This document shows positions 13,588-25,788 of a DNA stretch of 64,000 bases, in pieces. Numbering within the stretch: the first letter of the stretch is position 1; the number at the start of each line of letters is the position of its first letter. The translations under genes were made by a program, and so were the position numbers. This stretch comes from Octopus vulgaris (Eukaryota): NCBI GenBank assembly GCA_951406725.2, contig OX597835.1, forward strand, positions 27,466,001 through 27,530,000. Reading direction: 5' to 3'. The notes under the pieces were generated by a model. The model made no database searches. It worked only from the letters and a program-made list of their open reading frames with translations, and was not told where the DNA came from.

Positions 13588-14656
13588 AATCAAAATTACA
13601 TTACTGTTATTTTAAATAATCATGATATTTCACAAGTTATTACAAATACATCAACAATAATAAATAACTTATTTATACTCAGAATTATACAAATATAAAC
13701 AAATATATATATGTCCCCATATACATATATATGGCAACATATAGAAGCACCCAGCATACTACTCTTTAAAGTGGTTGGCATTAGGGAGGGCATCCAGCCA
13801 TAGAAACCATGCCAAACCAGACTGGAATCTGGTGCAACCCCCAGCTCTGGTCAAATCCATTTCTTTACTGCCCACAAGAGGCTATACACAGAGGGGACAA
13901 ACAAGGACAGGCAAATGGATTAAGTCGATTATATCGACCCCAGTACGTAACTGGTACTTATTTAATCGACCCCGAAAGGATGAAAGGCAAAGTCGACCAC
14001 GGCGGAATTTGAACTCAGAATGTAACGGCAGACGAAAGACAGCTACGCATTTCGCCCGGCATGCTAACGTTTCTGCCAGCTCTGGTCAAATCATCAAACC
14101 CCTGCCACCATGGACAACAGACGTTAGATGATGATGATGATGAGGAGGAGGATGATAGTGGTGGTGTGAATTTGGTAGACGGAAACTTGTCTGCCAAATT
14201 CACACACACTATATAGCTTGGAGCTATTTGCAGTGCCTGCAGTGAGACTTGAACCTGAAGCCACTTCGTTACAAAGCAAGCTGCTTACCACACAGCCATT
14301 ACTACACCTAGTCATAATTCTCATTTCCTATCAGTGGTGGGTGTTTTTGCAGAATAATCCATAACCCTCCACTTCCTAAGTAATGATTAAAACGCATAAT
14401 AATAATGGATTTTTTTTCCCTCTCTATTAAAGCTTCAAACATCATTTACACACAAACACACACACACACACGCACACGTCACTTAAGAGAAAACCTGATT
14501 CATAAGAAAATAGCAACAAAAACAAGCGTTGGAAATGATTGTTTTTAAGAAATTTTCTTAAAAACTCTGAAGACTATCATGATAATGGAATTGTGAACCA
14601 TTCTGCTGTTCTCAGTTCTCTGAGCAGCATGTGCTCCATGGTTCTTTTAACTCTAA

Positions 14657-15095
14657 GTGTTTGTGTATGTGTGTGTGTGGGTGCGTGTGCGTGTGTGTGT
14701 GTGCATGTGTGTGTGTGTGCATATGTGTGCGTGTGCATATGTGTGTGTGCATGTGTGTGTGTGCATAAGTGTGTGTGTCTGCATGTGTGTGTGTGTGTGT
14801 GTGCATGTGTGTGTGTGTGCATGTGAGTGTGTGCATAAGTGTGTGTGTCTGCATGTGTGTGTGTGTCTGTCTATGTGTGTGTGCATATGTGTGTGTGTGT
14901 GCATGTGTGTTTGTGTGTATATGTGTGTGTGTGCATGTGTTTGTGTGCATGTGCATGTGTGTGTGTGCATGTGTGTGCGTGCATGTGTGTGTTTGTGTGT
15001 GTGTGTACATGTTCGTGTGTGTGTATGTACTTGTGTGTGCATGTGTGTGTGTGTCTGCCTATGTGTGTGTGTGTGTGTGTGTATATATGTGTGTG
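14657..15095 (+). repeat. Imperfect (GT)n microsatellite
   Basis: Direct reading. Confidence 0.95.
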
Positions 15096-15368
15096 TTATG
15101 CACATATATATATTCGCTGCACATGGACACATATATGCACAAGCATAAATTCTATTATTCTTTTGCCACTTACATACATTGGACAAAGGCTTCCCGCTCG
15201 TTTTATTGATCTTTAATTATTGAATGGCTAAGTCGACCTGCATTACATTCAGTTAGAGAGAGAAAGAGAGAGAAGGGGAGGGAGAAAAAGTGAGAGAGAG
15301 GAAGGAGAGTTATCTCCCTTCCACATAGCTACTAGTATTCTCATTAGTGTACACAGTTACATGGGCAT

Positions 15369-15399
<31 letters not shown>

Positions 15400-15488
15400 T
15401 GGTGGCACTTCGTCAGTTACGATGATGTGCATCCCAGTTGGTCTGATCAACGGAACAGCCTGCTGGTGAAATTAATGTGCAAGTGGCT

Positions 15489-15580
15489 GAAGGAGGATGA
15501 AGAAGATGAAGAAGATGAAGAAGATGAAGAAGAAGAAAAAGAAAAAGAAGAAGTAGAAAGAGAAGAAGAAGAAGAAGAAG

Positions 15581-15612
<32 letters not shown>

Positions 15613-15659
15613 GAAAGAGAAGAAAAAGAAGAAGAAGAGGAAGAAGAAAAAGTAGAAAG

Positions 15660-15690
<31 letters not shown>

Positions 15691-15735
15691 GAAAGAGAAG
15701 AAGAAGAAGAGGAGGAAGAAGAAGAAGAAGGAAGA
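15489..15735 (+). repeat. (GAA)n polypurine tract
   Basis: Direct reading; ends ~50 bp from the exon donor at 15785. Confidence 0.95.
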
Positions 15736-15785
15736 TGGTGATGGTTGTAATAACAAATAGAGAAAAAATAACTTTGACATCTTAC

Positions 15786-16036
15786 TGGTTTAATACAGGT
15801 GTGTAACTATTTTTGTCTTCTTCAATAACGGAAACGGTGAGAGCGATCAGCTTGTGCCAAAACTCCATAGACTTATGACCTTCGACCTCATCCTTGCTTT
15901 CAGTAGCGTCTTGAAATTCTCGTTGGTACAGTACATAGCAGTTGTCGAAGATGAATTTATATGTTGATTTCATGCATGCTATGACACAATCTTTCACAAC
16001 AGTGCTTGCTCGAGGAGGACTTGTTAGCTCTTGGAC
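15786..16036 (-). CDS. unc-13: unc-13 exon: [34 protein letters not shown]...[12 protein letters not shown](Q)
   Basis: 251 nt, CAG/GTAAG boundaries; overlaps ORF 15782..15997. Confidence 0.96.
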
Positions 16037-16235
16037 CTGGTGGGAAGAAGAAAGAGAGAAAAAAAAGGATTAGTTAGTTATTGATAGATTGTTGCAAAAC
16101 GTGGCCCCCTGACACCAAAACGGCTCCAACAGCCAAGAGTCAGGAGCTGAGAAACCATGGACCAGCTGAGCAAGCCAACTTGTCCAGGGAGGAAGAAGTG
16201 GTTGCACATGGCTGGATGTCTTGTGTAATGCAGTT

Positions 16236-16393
16236 GTTCTTCATAACCCAGGCTCGCACCATCTGTAGTTCTTCATAACCTAGGCTCACACCATCTGTAG
16301 TTCTTCATAACCCAGGCTCACACCATCTGTAGTTCTTCATAACCCAGGCTCACACAATCTGTAGTTCTTCATAACCCAACTTCACACCGACTG
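16236..16393 (+). repeat. 32-bp minisatellite, ~5 units
   Basis: Unit GTTCTTCATAACCCAGGCTCACACCATCTGTA. Confidence 0.9.
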
Positions 16394-17867
16394 TCCACGT
16401 CTGTTTCATTACTACCCACAAGGCGCTAAACACAGAGAGGACAAACAAAGACAGACAAACGGATTAAGCCAAGTTGGCTGAAGAATTGCTGCCTCGTATT
16501 CCTGCTGTTTTAGCAGCAGAGTCTCCTGTTATTCCTGCAATACCTGAAGTTATCTGAGTTATTTAAAATGTCAGGTAAAGTTATTGAATTGCATTTGTGT
16601 GAGCAAAGAGGGAATTCTAGAGAGCCAGGAACCTGGGAAAAGAGAAAAGGGAGCAGTAGGGAAGTCAGAGAGCATAGGGCCTCTTTGGTAAAAACAAAAT
16701 ATGGGTATTGAGAATATTAGAAGCTAGTAACTCTAACGGTTCTGGCTGGAGGTGTCATGGAACCTGCCAACTCCGAGAAGCAGAAGTCACTGTGGTTGCT
16801 AAACAAAAGACCGGGAAGAGACAGCATGTCCATGAGCCAAGCTTGGAAACCTATCAATTATTCAACAGCAACCCATGTCATGTAAATATGTTTCTATCTT
16901 ATCAACGATAGCCTTGAAAATGAGTTGCTAAGCAACTCGATGTCCTACTTCAAGGTGTTTAAATCTACAACTAAATTATTAATATGCAAGGAAAAAGAAA
17001 AAATAATCAGTTATCGTTTTCACTTTATTTAACAAAGAATGAATGTCTGATGTAAAAAAAATTAATTTTTTTTTTTTTATGTCTATACATCTGTCTGTCT
17101 GTCTGCTTATCTATCTGTCAATTTATCTATCAAACTCAGGGATTGCTAAGCATTATGATATGTATACACACACACCTTTTATCCTTTACTTGTTTCATAA
17201 TTGGATTGTGGCCATACTGGGGCACCACCTTGAAGAATTTTACTTGAATGAATCGACCCAAGCACTTGTTTTTTTTAAAGCCTGGTACATATTTGATTGG
17301 TCTCATTTGCTGAACTGCTAAGTTATGGGGATGTGAACACACCAGCATTGGCTGTCAAGTGTGTGTGGTGGGGACGGCAAATACACACATACACATACAT
17401 ACAATGGGCTTCTTTCAGTTTCCGTCTACCAAATCCACTCATAAGGATTTGAACAGCTCAAGGCTATAGTAGAAGACATCTGTCCGAGGTGCACACAGCA
17501 GGATTGAACCTGGAACCATGTGGTAAGAAGAAAACTTCTCACCACACAGCCACTCACACACACCACCATCACCATCATATCTTTTCTCCATGCCGTCATG
17601 GGTTGGACAGATCAACAGGATCCAACAGGTCAGTTGGCACCATTTTGCATCAATGTCACAGTTTCATCATGGTTTTTACATCCCGATGCCCTTCCTGATA
17701 CTGAGTACTGTTTTTCTTTTTTGGTAGCACCCACCGTCATCAGTGAAGCAACCTCATAAATTGCAAGACTAAAGAATTTCCACATCGGAAACAGGAGAAC
17801 AGAAGAAAGGGTGGTGACTTTCGGAGAGGGTGTTGAGAAGTAAAACTAGGACGAAAGGAACAGGTTT

Positions 17868-18239
17868 GTAGTAAAGATTGTTTGCCAACATAACATGGCA
17901 GTCCTGGTTTAGGATGAATGTTGCTGTAATTTAGCCCCAGGAGACATCGTCTCCAGCTGGCTATACAACACGATTTGTGTCCTTATATTTTCGAAATAGG
18001 GAATCTAGCACCCCCACTCGGCTCATTCTAGCACCTCCACTCATCTAGATTCCCTTGTTCAAAAATATAAGGACACAGATCGTGTCCTATAGCCAGCTGG
18101 AGACGATGTCTCCTGGGGCTAAATTTCAGCAACATTCGTCCTAAACCAGGACTGCCATGTTATGTTGGCAAACAATCTTTACTCCAAAGTACTGTTGCTG
18201 AATATCTCACGTTGTGAGATTTAAAAATAGTAATTTTCT
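17868..18239 (+). mobile_element. 5'-truncated PLE-type insertion with inverted pLTR and ~57-bp tail
   Basis: Inverted arms about 17871-18008 and 18045-18183; TSD AAGGAACA(G/T)GTTT at 17855-17867 and 18240-18252. Confidence 0.65.
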
Positions 18240-18831
18240 AAGGAACATGTTTATCGTTGGTGAAGGTTATCAGTGAAGAAACGAAATTAAACAGTGTAAG
18301 AGATGTAGCATCAGGGGTTTGTGGGAGTGAGTTAAAGAGTGAAAGGGAGAAGAGTAGGGTGGGATGAGTTAGGGGAGATTTAGGGGTATCCCACAATATG
18401 CATGGGTTGTTGGGGATGGGTGGGTGGATGGATGGAGTGATGCTAGAAAGAGAGAGAGAGAGAGATTATGGTGCTGAGTGGAGCCAGAGAGTACTGTCCG
18501 GGTAATGTTTCCAGAGTGACAAAGGATCAGGAAGGGCGAGTGAAGGTTGTAAGGGTGGAGGGTGCAATTGAGTGATGGATGAGAAACAGGGGTAGTTGTA
18601 GTTACAAGGAGACAGAGGGTGAAGGTAGTCAAAGGTGGACAAAGAGAGGGACAATCAGAAGACTGAAGGATGAAGAATAGGGGGTAGGTGGCTCAGGGGA
18701 GGAGGAGTGATGACCAGCAGAACAGATGATGATATAAGTAGCAGTAGTAGTGTAAGTAGCAGCAGCAACAGCATTAGTAGTAGTAGTAGTAGTAGTAGTA
18801 GCAGCAGTGTAAGTAGCAGCAGCAACAGCAT

Positions 18832-18868
<37 letters not shown>

Positions 18869-20745
18869 GATGGTAGTGATTTCTGCTTCTATTAATTACA
18901 GTAGATGGAAGAACGGTGGAAGGATTGGGTGATGGGGAAGGGGGGACAGGTGGGGGCAACAAGTGTAAATTTAGCAGAGATATAATGGGGGCAACAGATC
19001 CCGATACTTGCATCAGTGAGTAGGTCTTCTCGAGCCCTGCACATTTCCAATCATCTTGGCCCCTTTCTCATCTATTCCTTGTTTGCTCTTAATTACTTCA
19101 GAAATAATGGTTTCTAACTTTGGCACTAGGCTGTGTGTGGTGTGTGTGTGTGTATGGGTGGTTAGTTTCAGTTGCATCAACCTCCCCCCAACTCTCAAGA
19201 ACATGACTGGTACTTCATTTTATCAACCCTGTAAGGATGTGAGGCCAAGTTGATCCTGATGATAGCTGAACTCAGAATGTTAAGAGGCGGCAAATTGCCG
19301 TTAAGCATTCCGTTTGATGTTCTAATGATTTTGTCAACTCAATTACCCCAGAAATAATGATCCCTACTAATTACTCCAAAAGTGCTGCTCTCTGCTAATT
19401 ACTTCGAAAAGGATGAAATCATGTATATGTGTGCATGTGTGTGTGTGTTTGTGTGTATATATTTACATGCTTGCAAAAGTGAGTTAATACAAAAATGTAC
19501 ATATGTATATGTGTACATATGTCTAAATTTACTAACAATTTTACTTGTTTTGGTCATTTGACTGTGGCCATGCTGGAGCACCACCTTTAGTCGAACAAGT
19601 CAATGCCAGGACTTATTCTCTGTAAGCCTAGTACTTATTCTATCGGCTAAGTTATGGGGATGTTTACATATCAAAATTAGTTGTCAAGCAATGGTGGGCG
19701 GACAAACACAGACATACAAACATATATGTATATATATATATACATATATGGCGTGCTCGCTTAGCCAGCGGGGTGGCATCATTTGATGGCTAAAACAATG
19801 CGAACGCATTGTGACCAGCGACGTGTAGCAACATCTGATGGTCTGGTCGGTCACGTGATCATGTGATATATATATATATATATATATATCATCATCATCA
19901 TCATCAACTCAGAATGTAAAGATAAATGCCAAAGCATTTTGCTTGGTGTTCTAACAATTCTGCGAGCTTGCCATATATGTGTGTGTGTGTGTGTGGGGGG
20001 GAGGTATAAAGTATATGAAGAGTTTTGTCAGGCTAACTCAAACTAATTCCCTCTGAGTACTCAATATGGTGTGCCACTAAAACTCAGATTTGAACAGTGG
20101 TTGGACATGTGATGTTGAGACTGCCTTTCTGAAGTGGCTAGAAGTGGCTTCTCCTTGAGCAAGTAGGTATAGATTAAGACAGAAATGAAGAGGCAAACCA
20201 TTTGGTGAGATGTTCAGCATGACGTTCCAATAGACTGCATATTCTAGAAACATCTGTTAGAGACTATGTATACCTTTTTATTATAAGTCTAAATTAAATG
20301 TCCTTGCCAAACAATTTGCCTTTTCATTTCTGTTTTAATCTATCCATTTTTGCTTTAATCTCTCTCTCTCCATATATATAAGTCATCTAAAAGTCCATAA
20401 GTGAGGAAAAAGATGCACTCATACATATGTATATATATTTATGTATGTATGTATATAACAACAATAATGTTAGTCATAGAACAGCTTTACTTGACTTGCA
20501 GGAATATATCATGCAAGAGGAATAAAGACAAATGGTTTTTAGTGAAGATGCAGAGGAAACTGAAGAATTATGAAAAAAATATTTAAGAAAAGAACAAAAT
20601 TAAAGAAAGCCATTTGTAAGAAAGTAAGATTGAGAGAATGGATAAAAGAAGAAGTATGAAGAATTATTATGGAAGATTATGTAAATAATAAGGGAAATGA
20701 AGATTAAAGGGAAATAAATAAAACAATGAAGAATGGTATTCTTAC

Positions 20746-20835
20746 TTTCATTCTAAAAAATGTTATACTTGTGAGCAAGTCGACTGTAGATTTTAGATCT
20801 TGTAATCTCGCTGGGTCAGAAGCAGGGAAATTATT
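20746..20835 (-). CDS. unc-13: unc-13 exon: [30 protein letters not shown]
   Basis: Within ORF 20704..20970; 90 nt, CAG/GTAAG boundaries. Confidence 0.96.
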
Positions 20836-20904
20836 CTGAAATAAAGTAAAATAGTTTATAGTAAAAACGGTACAGAAAATATTTTCTAGTGAAAATATAA
20901 ATAA

Positions 20905-20935
<31 letters not shown>

Positions 20936-21217
20936 TGCAGACAGAGCAATGAATATATTTTACAAGGCAAAATCTAGCTGGCAGTATCTCATCTTTGACT
21001 TTCTTCAATCATGAAACTGTGGCTATGCTGGAGCACAGCCCTGAAAAAATTTTAGTTTTAGTTGAATGAGTTGACCTTGTTTTATTCATTCTTTTTTGTT
21101 TAAGCCTGCTACTTATTCGACAGGTCTCCTTTGCAGAACGGCTAAGATACAGGGACATAAACACACCAACACCAGTGGTCAAGAGGTGGTGTGGGACAAA
21201 CACAGACACACACACAC

Positions 21218-21258
<41 letters not shown>

Positions 21259-22445
21259 CACACACACACACAATGGTATTCTTTCAGTTTCCCTCTATCA
21301 GATCCACTCACAAGGATTTGGTTGGCCTGAGGATATAGTAGAAGACACTTGCCCAAGGTGTTATGCAGTGGGACTGAACCTGGAACCCTGTGGGTGGCAA
21401 GCAAACTTCTTACCACTCAGCCATGCCTGCACCTATGTTTAAAGTTTTGTCATAGGGTATCACTTTCCAGGGTTTGTGGCATCTCACTATCCAGAACCCC
21501 ATGGCTGCAAAACAAGCTTCTTCACCACAAAACTATGCCTGCTAATCAATTTTGAGAATAAAATTTAACAATTACTAACCCTAACTCCCTTTTATAGTGA
21601 CATATTGGTTTCTATTTCTTTTGGCACAAGGCCAGCAATTTTGAGGGAGGAAGCAAGTCGATTATATCAACCCCAATCCTCGACTAGTACTTACTTTATC
21701 AATGTATTTCATTACTACCCACAAGGGGCTAAACACAGAGAGGACAAACAAGGACAGACAAACAGATTAAGTCGATTATATCGACCCCGGTGCATAGCTG
21801 GTACTTATTTAATCGACCCTGAAAGGATGAAAGGCAAAGTCGACCTCGACGGAATTTGAACTCAGAACATAGCGACAGACAAAATACCACTAAGCATTTC
21901 GCCCGGCATGCTAACATTTCTGTCAGCTCGCCGCCTTATTTTATTGTGACATATTAAAGACTACCATTTATATCGACCCCAGTGCATAACTGGTACTTAT
22001 TTTATCGACCCTGAAAGAATGAAAGTCAAATTCGGTCTCAGCAGGATTTGAACTCAGAAAGTAAAGAAGGATGAAATGCTAAGCCTTCTGCCTGCCCAAT
22101 GTGTTAACGATTCTGCTAGCTCACTGCCATATTTTATTGTGACATATTAAGACATATTAAAGACTACCATTTATTCAATTAAACCATGATCCGTTGATGA
22201 TATCAGGGCTAGGATAAGTCATGTGAATCTGGGTGTAACTGAAAATCCCATGGTGGTTTATTTATATAATGACAGCGGAAAGCTTGATGATTTACAATCT
22301 GATAAATAAGCCCATTCCTTTATTCTTTTCTGAGATTCATCCAACTACACACAGAACTAAAGCTAAACAAAATTAACATTGTACAAGGAATTTATAATGG
22401 ATATGATGGTTAAAAAATATATATATATATATATATCGTCCTTAC

Positions 22446-22514
22446 CCTATACATGGATAAATCTATTCGAAGTGAGTTGTGTAATTGGTCCAATAATTTT
22501 ACAAATTTTTCTTT
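22446..22514 (-). CDS. unc-13: unc-13 exon: [23 protein letters not shown]
   Basis: 69 nt, CAG/GTAAG boundaries. Confidence 0.96.
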
Positions 22515-22699
22515 CTGAAATAGAGAAATATCGACAAAATACAACAAATTGAAACGTTGAGATGTTGTTGAAAAGAAATAAAAAATTACACATAGACAAA
22601 CAGACAGACACTACTATGCAGTGGTATTGAAGTTGGAACCACATGATTGTAAAGTGAACTTCTTGTCTTGCAAACAACTTGCACATGCAAGTGCTACCA

Positions 22700-23160
22700 G
22701 TCAAAAACTCCGCATACCGGAAGCCAGCAATTGTATGGGGTCATCAGGAGAGAATGTGCACTGTTTCGGGGCCTATGTCTCGACGGCATCAATGTGCACC
22801 GCCCCCCTCCCTCACTGATATGAGGCCCTGCTTGCTAGATCAGCTGGTTATCAAATAAAGCTCAATATACTTCTAGCCATCGCTCATCGTCTCTTTTTAA
22901 CCAAATCCAGTGGCTAGCCTTCTCCTTTGTAGATTGGATATTGGTCATGGTGGTATTGACTTTACGATGAGTTAGGCCTAACGATAACAACAGTCATCTC
23001 ACACTGTGTCCAACAAACCCTCTACATCCAACTTCGATTAGAAAATGTTCCGCTTTCCAGCCTGCGTCTTCATATTCCTCGAGGAGGTTTACATAACGGT
23101 CAATCTTTTGAGCCCGAGCGGCGTCCATATTATCCTCATGAGGAACCGTTAACTCAACTT
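22700..23160 (-). mobile_element. 5'-truncated HERO-like (RLE-class non-LTR) retrotransposon
   Basis: 23158-22862 translates VELTVPHEDNMDAARAQKIDRY...AGWKAEHFLIEVGCRGFVG...*...EKASHWIWLKRDDERWLEVY*; ELTVP, EVGCRGF and W.WLKR motifs; one internal TGA. Confidence 0.8.
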
Positions 23161-24181
23161 AACTAAACAACTTTTCCTGCATACAATTCAAAGATAACAC
23201 TGAGTCACAAACTTTTTATCTTTTTTTGCCTTTGGTCAGTAAATGCTAATTCCTATTTGCTTCTATTTAGAAATCAAAGGAAATGACTACTATTCCCTTC
23301 AAACTTTGCTTTTGTGACCTGAACATCAAGGTTTTAAAAACTGACCTATTTTCCATTACATTTCAGACAGATTTAGCACTGAGTTGCTGAAGCAGAAATA
23401 TTGTTATAGTAAATATTCTGCTCAACATCACAGATTTGCCTATTGTCTTTGGTCAGTAAGTGTTTTTCCCTATTTGCATCTTTCTAAAAATCAAAGGAAA
23501 TCACTACTATTTCCTTCAAACTTTACTTTTGTGACCTGAACATCAAGGTTTTAAAAACTGACCTATTTTCCATTACATTTCAGAAAGATTCAGTACTGAG
23601 TTGCTGAAGCAGAAATATCGTTATAGCAAATATTCTGCTCAATACCACAGATTTGCTTGTCATTTGCCTTGACCATAACCAGTTGAGCATGTCCATTAGT
23701 GGCTGACAATATGTGCATCTCTAATCATGAGCAGGAGTAGTGGGAGAGCATAGTAGCCATGTGTTGAGAGGGATTCTTTGGGGTTTGAATAAACATCATA
23801 ACAAAAGCAATGTTTGAAAGAAATATTAGCCATCTTTCATACTTCTTAAGGGTAAGCAACTAAGAAATAACAGTTGCTACCCAAGAACAAATATCGTGTT
23901 ACACAGTGTTATGTGATTAATATTATAATGCAGTTTACATGTCAGCAAATTTAATAAATTTAAAGAAAGAGGGTGTACAAAAAAAAAAGAAAATAGTTTA
24001 AAACTATAGGTTAGAACAGTGCTTTTTAAACTATGGGTCACGAAGTGAAATGCTTTTTCACAAAAATTAAATTTAAACACATGAATTTCAGTTTATATGT
24101 GAGTTCACAAACGCATATTTAATACCTGGTGAGGTCACGAAAAATCTCTCGATGAAAAATGGGGACAAGAATGAAAAAAGT

Positions 24182-25312
24182 TTAACCCTTTCGTTACTGT
24201 ATTTATTTTGAGATGTTCTGTGTTTCTTTCAATTAATTTAAAATTTAACTAAGAATTTAGTAAAATAGCTTAGTTATCATTAAGTTAGTGTTAGGAACAT
24301 AAATTGTGATTAAGGTTTGGTGGAAAATTTTAATTCAAAACTTATGAAAACAAGACATTTGTGCTACAGAGCCAGAGGCAGTTTCAGGCGGGTTGATATC
24401 AAAAGGGTAAAGAATTGCTTCTCTATTATATATTTTAACCCTTTTGTTACCATATTTCTGTTGAGGTGCTCTGTGTTTCTTTCAATTAATGTTAAATATA
24501 ACTAAGAATCTAGTAAAATAACTTAGTTATCATTAAGCTAATGTTAACATATATAGTGATTAAGGTTTGGTGGAAAATTTTAATTAAAAACTTATGAAAA
24601 CAAGACATTTGTACTACAGAGCCAGAGGCAGTTTCAGGTGGGTTGGTATCAAAAGGGTTAAGAATTGTTTCTCTATTATATATTTTAAACCTTTTGTTAC
24701 CATATTTCTGTTGAGATGCTCTGTGTTTCTTTCAATTAATTTAAAATATAACAAAGAATTTATTAAAATAACTTAGTTATCATTAAGCTAGTATTAGGAG
24801 CATAAATTGTGACTAAGGTTTGATGGAAGATTTTAATTCAAATCTTATGAAAACAAGACACTTGTACTACAGAGCCAGAGGCAGTTTCAGGCGGGTTGGT
24901 ATCAAAAGGGCTAAGAATTGTTTCTCTATTATATATTTTAACCCTTTTGTTACCATATTTCTGTTGAGATGCTCTGTGTTTCTGTCAATTAATGTTAAAT
25001 ATGAAAAAATTTTTAGTAAAATAACTTAGTTATCATTAAGCTAGTATTAGGAACATAATTTGTGACTAAGGTTTGGTGGAAGATTTTAATTCAAAACTTA
25101 TGAAAACAAGACATTTGTAAATTAGAAAATTACTATTTTTAAATCGCACAACGTGAGATATTCAGCAACAGTACTTTGGAGTAAAGATTGTTTGCCAACG
25201 TAACATGGCAGTCCTGGACTGCCATATTATGTTGGCAAACAATCTTTACTACAAGACATTTGTACTACAGAGCCAGAGACTGTTTCAGCCAGGTTTATAA
25301 TGAAAGGGTTAA
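24182..25312 (+). mobile_element. Tandem array of four ~230-bp piggyBac-type MITEs
   Basis: Units bounded by TTAA-CCCTTT ... AAAGGG-TTAA with a repeated ~25-bp spacer; related decayed copies at about 1430-1970 and 8930-9163. Confidence 0.75.
25120..25250 (-). mobile_element. Short copy of the same PLE-type family
   Basis: Same tail and arm as 18150-18240 (reverse complement); internal palindrome; perfect 14-bp TSD ACAAGACATTTGTA at 25106-25119 and 25251-25264. Confidence 0.7.
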
Positions 25313-25447
25313 GAAGCACTGGGCTAGAATCTGAGATAAAGGGTGAAATGTGTATGAATACGTAGAGTGTGTGAGTAATGGAAAAAAATGTAGTGCATTT
25401 AAATGGAAAAAAAAGTAATGCATTTAAAAAACAAATATTATACTAAC

Positions 25448-25598
25448 ACCAAAATTCGATGCTGCAAATCTATCACTTGCTGATACAGCTGTTGTTGCTG
25501 TAGTATGTGCATAGAAGGCATTAATGTTTGCCAGAAGGGTACTCATCACAGCTGGCACTCCAGGGCACATATACTTACACGATAAACAGGAAAAATGA
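25448..25598 (-). CDS. unc-13: unc-13 exon: [50 protein letters not shown]
   Basis: Within ORF 25424..25690; 151 nt, CAG/GTTAG boundaries. Confidence 0.96.
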
Positions 25599-25788
25599 CT
25601 GAAATGATAAACGAAGAAAGAAAGAAGTATATTTAGTTTACTTTTACTGACAGGCCATTTTTTTTTTGTTTTCCACGGAAGCACCATCAACTCTCCCTCT
25701 CATATACAGTTCTCTGTGCTTTAACTCCTTGTTCATAGAAGGATTTGGCAAAACCTACCTACCCCAAAACGGGTAGGTAGATTTAGAA

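Larger units (their letters stand above)
24017..25321. mobile_element. hAT-type MITE (interrupted by piggyBac MITE array)
   Basis: Termini CAGTGCTTTTTAAACT / AGTTTAA..GAAGCACTG; 8-bp TSD GGTTAGAA (24009-16) / GGCTAGAA (25322-29). Confidence 0.75.

Noticed and set aside
15361-15780. Poly-Glu and poly-Phe ORFs
   Set aside because: Translations of the (GAA)n tract.
16236-16393. 32-bp repeats as a CRISPR array
   Set aside because: Units are contiguous with no spacers, no cas genes, eukaryotic intron.
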